A stretch of DNA of 64,000 bases from a virus, in IMG/VR virus record IMGVR_UViG_3300036760_000945, positions 18,852-82,851 of that record, one strand, 5' to 3'. Each line of letters begins with the position of its first letter. Positions within the stretch are counted from its first letter, which is position 1. Of this stretch, positions 20,341 to 30,220 are shown piece by piece. The notes below the pieces were generated by a model. The model worked only from the letters and a program-made list of their open reading frames with translations. It searched no databases and was not told where the DNA came from. Both the position numbers and the translations under genes were made by a program.

Positions 20341-21765
20341 TTAGCTGCCCAAATCAGGGGCAGGCGGTGCAATCACGCCACCGGGTTTCGGCAAGGTGAC
20401 TGCGGAGAAGTGGCACTCAAAGAGGGACGGTTCCCAAATATTGTAGCCAGCAATGATGTCCCAAACATAGCGCCAAACACTCTCGAAGTCGTCAACGGGC
20501 TTCGGTTCGTAGAACGCGAGCGGCTGGTTGACGTTGCCTTTGATGCCACCGCGAGAGCCCAGGACCAGGTTGAAGGCAACGTGCGTGCCCTTGGTCACAT
20601 AGGCAAATTCGTCGGTGCCCAGATCGACCGTATAGGGCTTCATGATCGGGCGATCAAACGATAGTGTCTTATCGCCATACTCGCCATCGTTAATATCCAC
20701 GATGCGGCGCACAATGGTCTTGCCACTCAGGAAGTTCACGCCGTTGACCACACCAAAGTCGCTGGTCCTCTGGGTATGGATGGATACCTGATCGTTCAAC
20801 TCGAAGATGGACATATCGGTGTCATCGGCCAACGTAATGAAGTGCGTAACGCCCCTCTGGCCGACATACCAAACATCGTCAACGGCAGTGTTTTCAGGAT
20901 CCGGACAACCATCGCCGCGGTTGATTGGCTCTTTGACAACGGCCTGGACAGCAATGGGACCAGCATTGTAGAGAATGGCTGAGTTCTGGCCATAGGTATC
21001 ATTCGGGCACTCGACGAAGCGAATGTTCTTGTAGACACCAATCTCGTACTGTAGCTTGTCCTTGTAAAGGGACGCATCGCGCCACATCTGGGCCTCACTC
21101 GTGCTGGCGCCGGCCAGCGATTCCTGGAAGTCATAGATGACGCCAGGAGGAACGATAGCGAGTTTCGCAGAAGCAGCGGTGCCAGGGATGATCGGCGTAC
21201 CGATATTGCCCAGGCGCAGGTTCCAGGCATTAACAGCACTCAAGGAGAACTTGTTTTCCGCGCTGAGATCTCCAAAGTCCTCGGCGCCACCGGCATAGGT
21301 CCAATAGGAACGAGGGCCGAGCAGGTGTGCATTACGTGCAAGGATCTCCAGCTTTCGGCGCACATTGTTGCCCAAGAGGCCACGCAGAAGCGGGCGCCAG
21401 TCGCGGCCACCGGACATCCGCCACATCTGGAAGACGCCGGAACTCTTGGCATATTGCACCTTGTCGCCATATCTTTTGACCATGAGCTTGCGCTGTCTGG
21501 AGTCGACGCCGGCAGGCTCGGGGATGTATTGGTCAGTGATTGCGATTTCATCATTGTCCACATCGCCCTCGAGCAGGTCAGTAAATATGGATGTTGAAGC
21601 TCCAGTCGCGCGGGACTGATCTACCCAGTCGATCAAGGGGGTATAGATAGTCGGGCCGCGCTGGAAGTTCAGGATAACCTCGGGGACCTTGTCGTCCCAA
21701 AGGTTCTGATCAACCACAGAAATCGGGTTGATATTGTAATAGTCTTCAAAAGTTAAATCAGCCAT
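20341..21765 (-). CDS. Major capsid protein
   Basis: ~474 aa after scaffold; GGAGG RBS before ATG 21765; YEIGVYKNIRFVE motif. Confidence 0.85.
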   Translation of the reverse strand: MADLTFEDYYNINPISVVDQNLWDDKVPEVILNFQRGPTIYTPLIDWVDQSRATGASTSIFTDLLEGDVDNDEIAITDQYIPEPAGVDSRQRKLMVKRYGDKVQYAKSSGVFQMWRMSGGRDWRPLLRGLLGNNVRRKLEILARNAHLLGPRSYWTYAGGAEDFGDLSAENKFSLSAVNAWNLRLGNIGTPIIPGTAASAKLAIVPPGVIYDFQESLAGASTSEAQMWRDASLYKDKLQYEIGVYKNIRFVECPNDTYGQNSAILYNAGPIAVQAVVKEPINRGDGCPDPENTAVDDVWYVGQRGVTHFITLADDTDMSIFELNDQVSIHTQRTSDFGVVNGVNFLSGKTIVRRIVDINDGEYGDKTLSFDRPIMKPYTVDLGTDEFAYVTKGTHVAFNLVLGSRGGIKGNVNQPLAFYEPKPVDDFESVWRYVWDIIAGYNIWEPSLFECHFSAVTLPKPGGVIAPPAPDLGS

Positions 21766-21794
21766 GACAGCCTCCAAAAATTGCTAAACAGGAT

Positions 21795-22463
21795 TTATGC
21801 TTTTTGGGTGGCCTTTACATACTTATCGTACAACTCATTGTACAACTTCTGGTCGCCAGCAATGGCGGCGGCATTGATCTGCAGCATTAGTGCCTTCGCG
21901 CCTTCGGGCTCCGTGGTCTTTGGCGGTGGAGGCGTGGTCACGCCGCCTTTCCCAAAGTCCTCTTTGCCCTTTTCTTTGATGACACCGAGCTTGGTCAAGA
22001 AGTTGCCGAAAGTCTCTTCGAGCTTTTCCTCTTCGGCCTCTGGAAGCAATCCATCAGCCTCAAAAGTTGCAAGTTCTGGAAACTTTCCCATAATGAGACT
22101 TGCTCGCTTATCCTTGCGGCGCAAGGTCTCCAACTCAATCTCCTGTCCAGTCTTCTCGGTTTCCAACTTGGAAAGGGTGTCCTGGAAGGAACTTTTTTCG
22201 CTGGTGAGCACGGTCAGTTCACCTCTGAGCTGTTCAAGTTCTGTTGTAGTCACCTTATGAGCATCTTGTTCTTTCTGGTATGTGACTTGCAGGCCAGCGC
22301 GCCTTTTTTCAGCAGTGTCCAATTCCTTGGTCGCTTTGGCTTGCGCTTCCTCATATAGTTTCTTGTAGTCTGTTTTATCCTGTTGACCAGCGATGTCGGA
22401 CGGAGTGGTGGTACCACCACCGGCGCCCGGATCCTGATCAAGGGTCGGGGAAGGGTTGGACAT
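21795..22463 (-). CDS. Capsid scaffolding protein
   Basis: Coiled-coil, charged, disordered N-terminus; between portal and capsid. Confidence 0.75.
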   Translation of the reverse strand: MSNPSPTLDQDPGAGGGTTTPSDIAGQQDKTDYKKLYEEAQAKATKELDTAEKRRAGLQVTYQKEQDAHKVTTTELEQLRGELTVLTSEKSSFQDTLSKLETEKTGQEIELETLRRKDKRASLIMGKFPELATFEADGLLPEAEEEKLEETFGNFLTKLGVIKEKGKEDFGKGGVTTPPPPKTTEPEGAKALMLQINAAAIAGDQKLYNELYDKYVKATQKA

Positions 22464-22481
22464 GATATTTCTCCTATAGAA

Positions 22482-22703
22482 CTAAATTAGTCCCGCCTTT
22501 TTGTCCTCTAGCCAGGCCTGATGAGCCATCTCGGGTACAAATTTAGCGGCGGCGCGGATTATCTTTCTACGCTCTTCCTTCGAGCGGGACTTACCACGTA
22601 ATTTCAGGGCACTGATAGCCTGTTGCTTGGTAGCAACAGGAAATCGGCCCCCTCCAACGGCAGAATGTTTCTTTCTATCCTCGGCATCTACATGAGCGGC
22701 CAT
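22482..22703 (-). CDS. Small basic head-associated protein
   Basis: 73 aa; AAGGAG RBS; RFPV..A.SA..KI..AA.KF pattern. Confidence 0.6.
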   Translation of the reverse strand: MAAHVDAEDRKKHSAVGGGRFPVATKQQAISALKLRGKSRSKEERRKIIRAAAKFVPEMAHQAWLEDKKAGLI

Positions 22704-22715
22704 AATTGCATCTCC

Positions 22716-24236
22716 TTAAGCTACGATAGGCTCGGTATCCTTTCGGATACCCGGTTTCTTGCTATTATCGGGCAGATTGCCTATGGGTTTTTGTGGTGCA
22801 GCCGCAGTCTCTTCCTTGATCTTAACCTTCTCTTCTTCGATGTCAGGAATGTCACCAAAGAGGGACATGAGATGCTCCTGCGAGCCTAACTTGTATTTCG
22901 CGCGGATGCCAGCCTCATTGATAAGTGCAGTACGATCTACAGGCAACATCGGTGCCCAGGAAATGATAAGCGGTGTAGCAATATGTTCCTCTGTGATCTC
23001 GTTGATACCCTTGATAGACATCATCTTCAATAAGATCCTGCAGAACTTAGCCAGGCCGACTGTCCAGAAGATGCGCTCCATCTCAGCGTGTGTGACCAGC
23101 GGCCACATCCTTGTAGAGAGGGTCAAGCTCGAACGTTGCGAACCCTCGTCTTCCCCATCTGCAACTGCCGGATGAATGGCCTCGCGGCGATAGATATCGT
23201 AAAGTTCTCCGCCAAGTCTAAGCATTACATCCGAAGCAGTTTTGAGAGAGACCGTCAGTAGGTCCGGGTTTGCCTCATTACCCGCAAGGCCTGTAGTACT
23301 GCCAAGGTCAAGGATGGGCCGGCCATCTATCTTCTTGACCTGTACAGCGCCTCTTACATTGCGCATTGCAATTGGCTGATGCGAGTCGTCGCTGACCGCA
23401 TCGCCGGTATCTGCCCAGCGTAAGTTTATTTCTCTGATAACACCCTTGATCATCTCAGAGATAATGGAGTTGCCAAGGAATGTAGTTGTCCGTAAGTGTG
23501 GGATATATTCTATTGGGACAACCCCAAAGGGATTTACGCCCTTTTGAGGCGTGTCACCGAACATGATTGTCTGCCCGTTGATCGCAATCTCGTATTCTTC
23601 TTCTGTCCAGTGTTCCGTATAGAAATACTTGAGGTCATTCTCGCTAAGGGCATACTCGGTCTTATAGGACTTGATATCGTCTTTGGTAATCTCCCTAACG
23701 ATCCAGGCCTCTCTTAGCTCCCAATAATTGGCGCCTTTGGGAAAACCGATGAACTCTTTTGGCGAGGGATTGAAAATGCCAATCCGCTTTTCTATTGGCA
23801 GCCAACTAGCACTAAAGACACAGCCGCGGAGGTATTGCGAGATAATTCCATTCGAGATGAATAATGCGCCGCCGCCGTTGTCTTCAAAGACATTTTTCAG
23901 TGCCTTCTCGACCGCCTTGCCTTGTGTTTTCTTGCCCTTCTCTACATCAGCCAATATTCTGACCGGTACGCCTCCGTAGTGAATGCTGTCCAGTGTCTGC
24001 CCGAATAACGCCGATGTATGTCGCTCACAGGTACCCTTCAGCGGATTGATCTTGATAGGGTATTTATCTATCTTCTTCCCGGAGGCAGTATCTACGGTGA
24101 AGTCGTCCAATTTGGCGCCGGAATACCAATCCTCGAGCATGGCATAGTTCTCGAGTTGGGTCATATAGGTCGTATACGGGAACCCCTTGAGTTCCTGAAG
24201 AGTAAAGGGTGCAGAGAAGTTTGTTAGCTCAGCCAT
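22716..24236 (-). CDS. Portal protein
   Basis: 506 aa between TerL and scaffold; NPFGVVPIEYIP; WAPMLPVD. Confidence 0.85.
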   Translation of the reverse strand: MAELTNFSAPFTLQELKGFPYTTYMTQLENYAMLEDWYSGAKLDDFTVDTASGKKIDKYPIKINPLKGTCERHTSALFGQTLDSIHYGGVPVRILADVEKGKKTQGKAVEKALKNVFEDNGGGALFISNGIISQYLRGCVFSASWLPIEKRIGIFNPSPKEFIGFPKGANYWELREAWIVREITKDDIKSYKTEYALSENDLKYFYTEHWTEEEYEIAINGQTIMFGDTPQKGVNPFGVVPIEYIPHLRTTTFLGNSIISEMIKGVIREINLRWADTGDAVSDDSHQPIAMRNVRGAVQVKKIDGRPILDLGSTTGLAGNEANPDLLTVSLKTASDVMLRLGGELYDIYRREAIHPAVADGEDEGSQRSSLTLSTRMWPLVTHAEMERIFWTVGLAKFCRILLKMMSIKGINEITEEHIATPLIISWAPMLPVDRTALINEAGIRAKYKLGSQEHLMSLFGDIPDIEEEKVKIKEETAAAPQKPIGNLPDNSKKPGIRKDTEPIVA

Positions 24237-24239
24237 AAT

Positions 24240-24292
24240 AAACGCAAAAAAGAGAACAGAATAGATATATCCCTCGTCTCGTCTGTTCTCTT
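24240..24292 (-). terminator. Intrinsic terminator-like hairpin directly upstream of portal start
   Basis: 11-bp stem AAGAGAACAGA/TCTGTTCTCTT followed by TTTTGCGTTT on the - strand; loop is large (21 nt). Confidence 0.5.
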
Positions 24293-24317
24293 CTAGTTTA
24301 CTTCTGGTCTAGGCTAG

Positions 24318-24346
24318 ATTATAAGGTGTTATCCTGAAAAAAGCAA
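24318..24346 (-). promoter_or_regulatory. Sigma70-type promoter
   Basis: TTGCTT-17 bp-TATAAT on the - strand. Confidence 0.6.
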
Positions 24347-24362
24347 GCTCCACCCGGAAATG

Positions 24363-24665
24363 TCAAATCTCCAACCTATCGCAGAGGCATCGGAGCCGTG
24401 AGTTCAGTATATCAATATATAGTATGTGCTTGCTTAATTCCTCTGCCATTTGCGATATCGGCAAGACTTTCTCTTGATTTTCATTGCAGCTCGGTGCTGG
24501 AATGGCAGGAACCAAGGCCGAACTAAGTCTATTCTCTAGTTTGCCAATGGTCTCCTCGAGTTCCGACAGACTCTTGGCAATTCCTTCCGAGTACATCGGG
24601 ATGTTCCTCTTTGCCTCAGGTCCTGAGGCTGGCACACACGCGGAAGACAAATTAGTGGTTGACAT
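24363..24665 (-). CDS. Hypothetical coiled-coil protein
   Basis: GAGGAG RBS before ATG 24665; TATGGTATAAT at 24701-24711. Confidence 0.6.
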   Translation of the reverse strand: MSTTNLSSACVPASGPEAKRNIPMYSEGIAKSLSELEETIGKLENRLSSALVPAIPAPSCNENQEKVLPISQMAEELSKHILYIDILNSRLRCLCDRLEI

Positions 24666-24896
24666 TTTACATCTCCTCTTGAATTTGGTTTGTTCCCTCA
24701 ATTATACCATACTCCCGAAAGTATCTACGAAAGAGTATTCTGGGCGGCCAAAATCTAATGGCCAGTATACCACAATGCCCAATGCAGACAATAAGATAAT
24801 AGGGGCCCTGGCGAAAATCGTCTATCTGATCATAGCCGATCAACTTCCTCATCTTGCTTTTCTCTGCTCCCTATCTATCGACCTTTCCTTTTTTCT

Positions 24897-27563
24897 CTAT
24901 CGAGGCCACGTCGTTGACGAACCTGCCTCGTCTCGCCTGCGGGTACGTACTTCATTTCTATCATGTCGGCGCCCCGAGACAAGTCCAGGGCTATCATCGC
25001 CAGTCTCGCTGCTGTTTTCCTCTCCAAAATCGCCATAATAAGCCCGGATCGCAAACGCACCCATTGCCAACGTTGCAACAACGTCTTGCGCCAGCTTGCC
25101 ACCACTTGCTTTATCCGCGATAGGATCATAGTTTTTTAGTTGGCTTCCTATGCCAGTACAGATCGAAGGCCATGAGAGCATCTTGCTTTCGAGCGATAGT
25201 CTCAGTGCAACAAGGTAACTATACCTTTTTGCGCCCGAAAAGTCAAGACCGGTTATTGAAATGACCGACTTCTTCTTGCCGTAGATATAATCCGTGCTGA
25301 TCAGCTCCGCCGTACTCTTCTGGGGCCCGGTATTGTCCACGGCAGCCAATATGGGTCCATAAGTATCGATCCACTCGATAAAACGGCTCACAAAAGGCAT
25401 GATCGAGCCTGCGCCATTACCCCACCAGAAAGCAACTATTGGACTATGCACTGGCGCCTCTGTGACATCAAAAACGATGATACAGGGAGCATTTCGGGAG
25501 GGTGCCACGCCTGTGCCTGGGTCGCCAATGATGAAATATTGGCGTCCTGCCTTACGTGGCTGTCTGAGATAGAACGCACCCATGTGCGGCAAGGTCTCCA
25601 TCTCATAACCAGCCTCGCCTTTGTCGATGGCATTCAGGACTATCTCTGATTGCCCGGCATCCAAGCAGGGATCAACAGTCGAGGCCGGGAAGTAAGAACC
25701 CTTACCCTGTGGGCGGTCCCCGGTCATGAAACGGTTGTGCAGTTCTTTGGGGATCATCTTCAGCGCAAAGCGGATCTGTTTATCGGTCGTATTCTTGTTA
25801 TACTTGGTGTCAATGTTGAATACCAGCCCGTCCTCTTTGTCCGCTGCTGCCATATCATAGAGTTGCCACAGCTCGGGGTTTTCCCACGGGTTAGAGATGA
25901 GCGAAAGCCGGCCTAGATAGGGGCGGTTCTCGGCAGTGCCGCCAGTAAGGCGGGTGACTAGGTTTGTCACCACCACCCCCAAATCGTCTATTTTCCCGGC
26001 TTCTTCGATATTGATCCAGTCGCCGCGGTAGGAAAAGATGTTTTCTGCAGTCCCCTCCTCACCCAATGTCTGAAATTCCAGAAGCGAGGAGAATTTCTTG
26101 GTGCCAATATAATACTCGAGGGCAACCTGCGGCCAGGGGCGCTTTGGCGCAGAGACAATGAGTTTTTCAAAGGGTGTGCCCTCGACCTGCTCCATTAGCG
26201 CTCGATACATAAGCATTGACTGCCAGGCACTGGGTGCAACATTCATAAACTTGAATAATTGCGTCAGCGCCGCATGATAGGCGGCACCCATCACCACGCC
26301 GACGGTTTTGCCAGAATTATGAGAGACAACACCCTCCATAACATAATTTTCGTAGCCGGGAACATGGATATCATATAGATCTATTTCTCCAACATCCTCT
26401 ATTTTAGTAATAATTGGTGTATAATAGTCCCACTTATTATTCTTGGGAGAGAAACATGGATCAGGAAGAACTTCAAATACTTGTTGATCAATTTGGGACA
26501 CAGACGGCTGTAGCAAAGCGCCTCGGGATAAGACAGCAAGATCTCTGGTATCTGGTAAAGAAAAATCACTGGCATATTCACTATGATATAACTCGCCGCA
26601 GAAAGAAGGGCTCGAAACTTGATCCTTATTCTCTAATACTGAAACATCTGGGAGATCTTGGTTGGAGTTGCCAGAGAATTGTTGATGCCCTCGAACTAAA
26701 GACCGATCCTGAGCACGTTCGTCGCTGGTTGGTTGTCCATTGTCCCCAAAAACGGAACAGGAAGCACGGTGGTGTGGGGGAAAGAAGTCCTGCCTTTGTC
26801 GATGGTGACTATTATAATAGGAAGGATAATTCTTATAACTTTGTACCCGCGCCAGAGGGGTATATGGGTCAGAAGAAATCAAATGGTTGGGTTGCAGAAC
26901 ATCGTCTTGTCGTTGAAAAGGAACTTGGCCGACTTCTTCATCCGGGCGAGGTTGTACATCATATTGATGGGGATGGAAAGAATAATCTCCCTGGAAACCT
27001 GATGACTTTCCCGACAAATCGCGAACATCTACTGTGGCACTGGGAGCAAATGCAGGCAAAATATGAGGAGCGATTAGAACATCTCCGAGCCGTAGATCGC
27101 GAGTACGTACAAACCCTTGGCTGGCAGTCATAAAACGATGATCCAGAGAGACGGTAATTGTATTACCATTAGAGAAGGAAAGTCTTTTTGCCCTGGCCTT
27201 TCCCTTGTAGAACGGCAGTGTTGCCTGGACCATTGCCCATCCTGATATGCCGCGGGCTAAAACAACTGGCGCCCTCTTATTATCAAGAAGCCACCTAAAT
27301 GATACATATCTCCCAAGTTCTACATCATAGAGATGACTATCAATGTCGGCGCAACTGATCCCACAGATGGCAACAATAAACGATTGCGTTGCCATACACA
27401 TTGTTTCTTGCCATTTACCCTCTGACTCGAAGTTCCAGTCCAGCATCCATCCGTGTTCTTGGTTTGGTTTTCTGAACCAGTAATCACAGAAAATATTGGG
27501 ATTGGCCGCCCCGGCCCTAAGAATTTCAATCTCGGCAGCAGTCATTGCGTGAATCGAGGGCAT
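24897..27563 (-). CDS. terL: Terminase large subunit (intein-containing)
   Basis: Walker A CGIS^SGKT split by intein; Walker B WINIEEAG; LISNP; nuclease motif IIGDPG; ~542 aa after splicing. Confidence 0.92.
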   Translation of the reverse strand: MPSIHAMTAAEIEILRAGAANPNIFCDYWFRKPNQEHGWMLDWNFESEGKWQETMCMATQSFIVAICGISCADIDSHLYDVELGRYVSFRWLLDNKRAPVVLARGISGWAMVQATLPFYKGKARAKRLSFSNGNTITVSLDHRFMTASQGFVRTRDLRLGDVLIAPHILPAFAPSATVDVRDLSGKSSGFQGDYSFHPHQYDVQPRPDEEVGQVPFQRQDDVLQPNHLISSDPYTPLARVQSYKNYPSYYNSHHRQRQDFFPPHHRASCSVFGDNGQPTSDERAQDRSLVRGHQQFSGNSNQDLPDVSVLENKDQVSSPSFCGELYHSEYASDFSLPDTRDLAVLSRGALLQPSVSQIDQQVFEVLPDPCFSPKNNKWDYYTPIITKIEDVGEIDLYDIHVPGYENYVMEGVVSHNSGKTVGVVMGAAYHAALTQLFKFMNVAPSAWQSMLMYRALMEQVEGTPFEKLIVSAPKRPWPQVALEYYIGTKKFSSLLEFQTLGEEGTAENIFSYRGDWINIEEAGKIDDLGVVVTNLVTRLTGGTAENRPYLGRLSLISNPWENPELWQLYDMAAADKEDGLVFNIDTKYNKNTTDKQIRFALKMIPKELHNRFMTGDRPQGKGSYFPASTVDPCLDAGQSEIVLNAIDKGEAGYEMETLPHMGAFYLRQPRKAGRQYFIIGDPGTGVAPSRNAPCIIVFDVTEAPVHSPIVAFWWGNGAGSIMPFVSRFIEWIDTYGPILAAVDNTGPQKSTAELISTDYIYGKKKSVISITGLDFSGAKRYSYLVALRLSLESKMLSWPSICTGIGSQLKNYDPIADKASGGKLAQDVVATLAMGAFAIRAYYGDFGEENSSETGDDSPGLVSGRRHDRNEVRTRRRDEAGSSTTWPR
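26316..27353 (-). mobile_element. Intein (346 aa) in TerL Walker A
   Basis: Starts with Cys (CADIDSHL); block B TVSLDHRF; block F LYDIHVPGYENY; ends SHN followed by +1 Ser. Confidence 0.92.
26456..27133 (+). CDS. HTH + HNH homing endonuclease encoded antisense within the intein
   Basis: 225 aa; GGGAGAG RBS; HTH TQTAVAKRLGI; HNH motif EHRLVVEKELGRLLHPGEVVHHIDGDGKNNLPGNL; GTGTATAAT -10 element at 26417-26425. Confidence 0.9.
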   Translation: MDQEELQILVDQFGTQTAVAKRLGIRQQDLWYLVKKNHWHIHYDITRRRKKGSKLDPYSLILKHLGDLGWSCQRIVDALELKTDPEHVRRWLVVHCPQKRNRKHGGVGERSPAFVDGDYYNRKDNSYNFVPAPEGYMGQKKSNGWVAEHRLVVEKELGRLLHPGEVVHHIDGDGKNNLPGNLMTFPTNREHLLWHWEQMQAKYEERLEHLRAVDREYVQTLGWQS

Positions 27564-27564
27564 C

Positions 27565-27870
27565 CTAGTTCCTTAGACTATCGCGTAAGAGTGCTAATCC
27601 GTTCTCCCAAATCTCGTCGGCCAGGAGTACATCCCGGTAGTCTGTTGGGAGTTCCATATTACTGAGCATCGCATCTTGCAGGAACCGGATTTCCTCCCTA
27701 TCGAAGACAAAGATCATCCGTCGGTCCTCACGTTCAAGGCATATCGGCTGGATCTTGTGAGAAAGGAAGTATTTGACTGTACCCTCACGGTCAAACTCTG
27801 CTCTATTCTCTGGTTTTACGGTCTTTCCAGGAGTAGTTGATAATACCAATCGTGCCATTTTGTTCTCCAT
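27565..27870 (-). CDS. Hypothetical protein upstream of terL
   Basis: ORF abutting terL start; start codon uncertain (27870 or 27858). Confidence 0.55.
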   Translation of the reverse strand: MENKMARLVLSTTPGKTVKPENRAEFDREGTVKYFLSHKIQPICLEREDRRMIFVFDREEIRFLQDAMLSNMELPTDYRDVLLADEIWENGLALLRDSLRN

Positions 27871-27926
27871 TGTCCCTCTACCGTGGGACATATATAGGGT
27901 TTTTTACTCTGCTTTATTCTTATCAT

Positions 27927-28823
27927 CTATTCTACTTCTTCCAGATAGACAACGAAGCCATTTTTGACGAGCACCCACAAATTCTCGCCAACCCTGCCAA
28001 ATTCCTGGCGATCAAGTTCGGTGGGGGCCTCAAGAAGTTTGATAATGTCTCCCTCGTGAAGTCTACCACGAATACTCGCGCCCAGAGTTGGACTTGAGCG
28101 CAGTGCCGTTGATTGTACACACTTCATCTTCCAGACCTTGGGAATTGACGATATTTCAGTGGCTTTCGCCTGCTCTTTGATAACTGTGCCCAAGATAGCG
28201 GTATAGGGGAACAGGAATACCTCATCGTAGTCCTGCCCCAGGGTCTTGAGTGTGATTTCCAGTTCTTCTGGGGTACAGGCACCCATAAAAATGCCTGGGA
28301 CCTGTTTATACCCACGTGCTTGTGGCTGATTTAGTGTTTTCCAAGAGAGTAAAGGCGAGAAATAGAGGTTATCTGGTCCAATTCTGTCTTTAAGGCCGCG
28401 GAATACCTGCCCGAGTGCTGTTTTTGTCATATTCGGGCTCGCAAGTGCACCGTAAACACAGATTTTTATGGGAAAACCCACATCGGCCAGAAATCTTGTC
28501 AGTCTTTCGGCTATATCTTCTGGTAAGGGGCCCAATGTCTCATAAACACGGACAAAAACACGCGGAATTTGGTATTTCTGGACCACATCGAGCATCGGTG
28601 CCAACCAGGCGAGTTTTCTTCTCCAGGTTGGAGAGAAAATCAAAGCCGCCTCAAGCTGGTTCCCCTTTATCTCCCAGAATAACCGTTCAATTTCCGGCAT
28701 CTTGGTGTCGGCGTCCACGCTGACTATAACGAAGTCAACCCCAGTGTTCGCGAGCCGTGGAACGGTATCCCCGGGCAATCCCTGTAGGATGTCATCCTTA
28801 CTGAGAAGTACACCTATTTTCAT
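27927..28823 (-). CDS. Protein with C-terminal SH3-like cell-wall-binding domain
   Basis: ALRSSPTLGASIRGRLHEGD..WV..YLE C-terminus. Confidence 0.55.
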   Translation of the reverse strand: MKIGVLLSKDDILQGLPGDTVPRLANTGVDFVIVSVDADTKMPEIERLFWEIKGNQLEAALIFSPTWRRKLAWLAPMLDVVQKYQIPRVFVRVYETLGPLPEDIAERLTRFLADVGFPIKICVYGALASPNMTKTALGQVFRGLKDRIGPDNLYFSPLLSWKTLNQPQARGYKQVPGIFMGACTPEELEITLKTLGQDYDEVFLFPYTAILGTVIKEQAKATEISSIPKVWKMKCVQSTALRSSPTLGASIRGRLHEGDIIKLLEAPTELDRQEFGRVGENLWVLVKNGFVVYLEEVE

Positions 28824-29367
28824 TGTGCCTCATTGCCAATATTACCTCAAGCTCTCTATCGAACTCATCAATGTTCGAAAATCTCGGTACCGAACTCGCT
28901 TCATTCCACGGTTGGGCAATCAAGAGTGCTGGAATGCCCAACTTCTTGGCTTTTAGGGCTACATCGGCAATATCGTCCACTATAAACAGTGGTTTTAGCG
29001 ATGCAATGATCTCCATCTTGTCTCCACCGTTCATCAGCAGTGTGCCTAACCGAAAATCCTCTGCATCCAGCCAGAACTGAGTTATACCAACGGCCTCTTT
29101 GGGCCGAGAGGTTACAAACCAGATCTTGAAATCTCTTGCAAGCAATTCGTTATAGACCTGTACGCCTAGAGAAATGGGCTTCAGATCGATATAGGTCTTG
29201 GGGTTGTCCACGAACCACTTTACTTCTTTCCTCCAGTACGGATGTCGCTGCTCAAGACTGACCAGGCGCCTATTTTCGTAGCCAAAGTTATAGCAATACT
29301 TCCCCTCGAAGTCGGCCAAAACCCCATCTATGTCCAGAACTACTTTCAGAGAATTGTTTCTATCCAT
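28798..29367 (-). CDS. HAD-family phosphatase / 5'-nucleotidase-like
   Basis: LDIDGVLADF, VTSR, FIVDD motifs. Confidence 0.85.
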   Translation of the reverse strand: MDRNNSLKVVLDIDGVLADFEGKYCYNFGYENRRLVSLEQRHPYWRKEVKWFVDNPKTYIDLKPISLGVQVYNELLARDFKIWFVTSRPKEAVGITQFWLDAEDFRLGTLLMNGGDKMEIIASLKPLFIVDDIADVALKAKKLGIPALLIAQPWNEASSVPRFSNIDEFDRELEVILAMRHNENRCTSQ

Positions 29368-29383
29368 CGTTTTAGTCTCTGCC

Positions 29384-30220
29384 TTATTCTTTCTTGAGAT
29401 ATTTCAGTCGTACCCAGCCGAGTGGTATCCTGGCCCAGTCATTTACAATATCGCTTACCACAACAATCTGCCCAATAGCTATGCGGCTAACTATTTTACA
29501 ATTGAGGCCATCGTTAGGGGTTTTAAAGATCCATGAGGCCGCCAAGACGGTATAGTTTCCTACTGGCGGGGGCGAAGGAGGAAGAATTGCCGGCGGCGTA
29601 GATGCGAATTTATACAATTCTTCTACGGTCCCGTGGAATAGGTTTTGATCTACGTCAAGACTTTCGCAACCGTATGCTTCGCCTTTACCTCTATCTGTAT
29701 ACTGCCAAAACGTCCATGTTGCCCATGGCCTGGGAGTCTTTATAAAGATTTCCCAACTATACCATGCCAGCCAGAATGGGAATATTTTCCAGCCAATGTC
29801 TACCGAACCAAATTCGTTCCAGTAATAATAACCGGAATAAATCGCGGGGATCTTCCCAAGTTTATCCTTTACATACTGTAGGAAGTTCCACAACCTCCCC
29901 CGTGCTTCGGCAGGACTTGGCTGGCCACTTGTTAACTTTTGCTCAAAGTCACAAACGGGCGGCAATTCACCGGGATCATCCTTGAGCAAACCCGTAAACA
30001 GCTTAGCCTGTTCGAGTTCACTCATTCTAAAATCCAGATAGTGATATGCACCGCGTAAAAGCCCTACTTTCTTTGCGGCTCTCCAGTATTCTAAGAAACG
30101 TAAATCTGCAATACGCTGAGACGCCTTGATATATACAAATGTTGCACCGTTCGCAAGCATTTTTGCAAAGTCTACTTCACCATCCCACCAACTTATGTCT
30201 ACGCCAATTGCTCTAGTCAT
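29384..30220 (-). CDS. Endolysin, GH25 muramidase + SH3-like domain
   Basis: GVDISWW, FVYIKAS, GAYHY, DFE, FWQYT, DVDQN; AAGGAG RBS before ATG 30220. Confidence 0.92.
   Translation of the reverse strand: MTRAIGVDISWWDGEVDFAKMLANGATFVYIKASQRIADLRFLEYWRAAKKVGLLRGAYHYLDFRMSELEQAKLFTGLLKDDPGELPPVCDFEQKLTSGQPSPAEARGRLWNFLQYVKDKLGKIPAIYSGYYYWNEFGSVDIGWKIFPFWLAWYSWEIFIKTPRPWATWTFWQYTDRGKGEAYGCESLDVDQNLFHGTVEELYKFASTPPAILPPSPPPVGNYTVLAASWIFKTPNDGLNCKIVSRIAIGQIVVVSDIVNDWARIPLGWVRLKYLKKE

Noticed and set aside
24484-25038. 184-aa + strand ORF
   Set aside because: Antisense to better-supported genes; no recognisable motif
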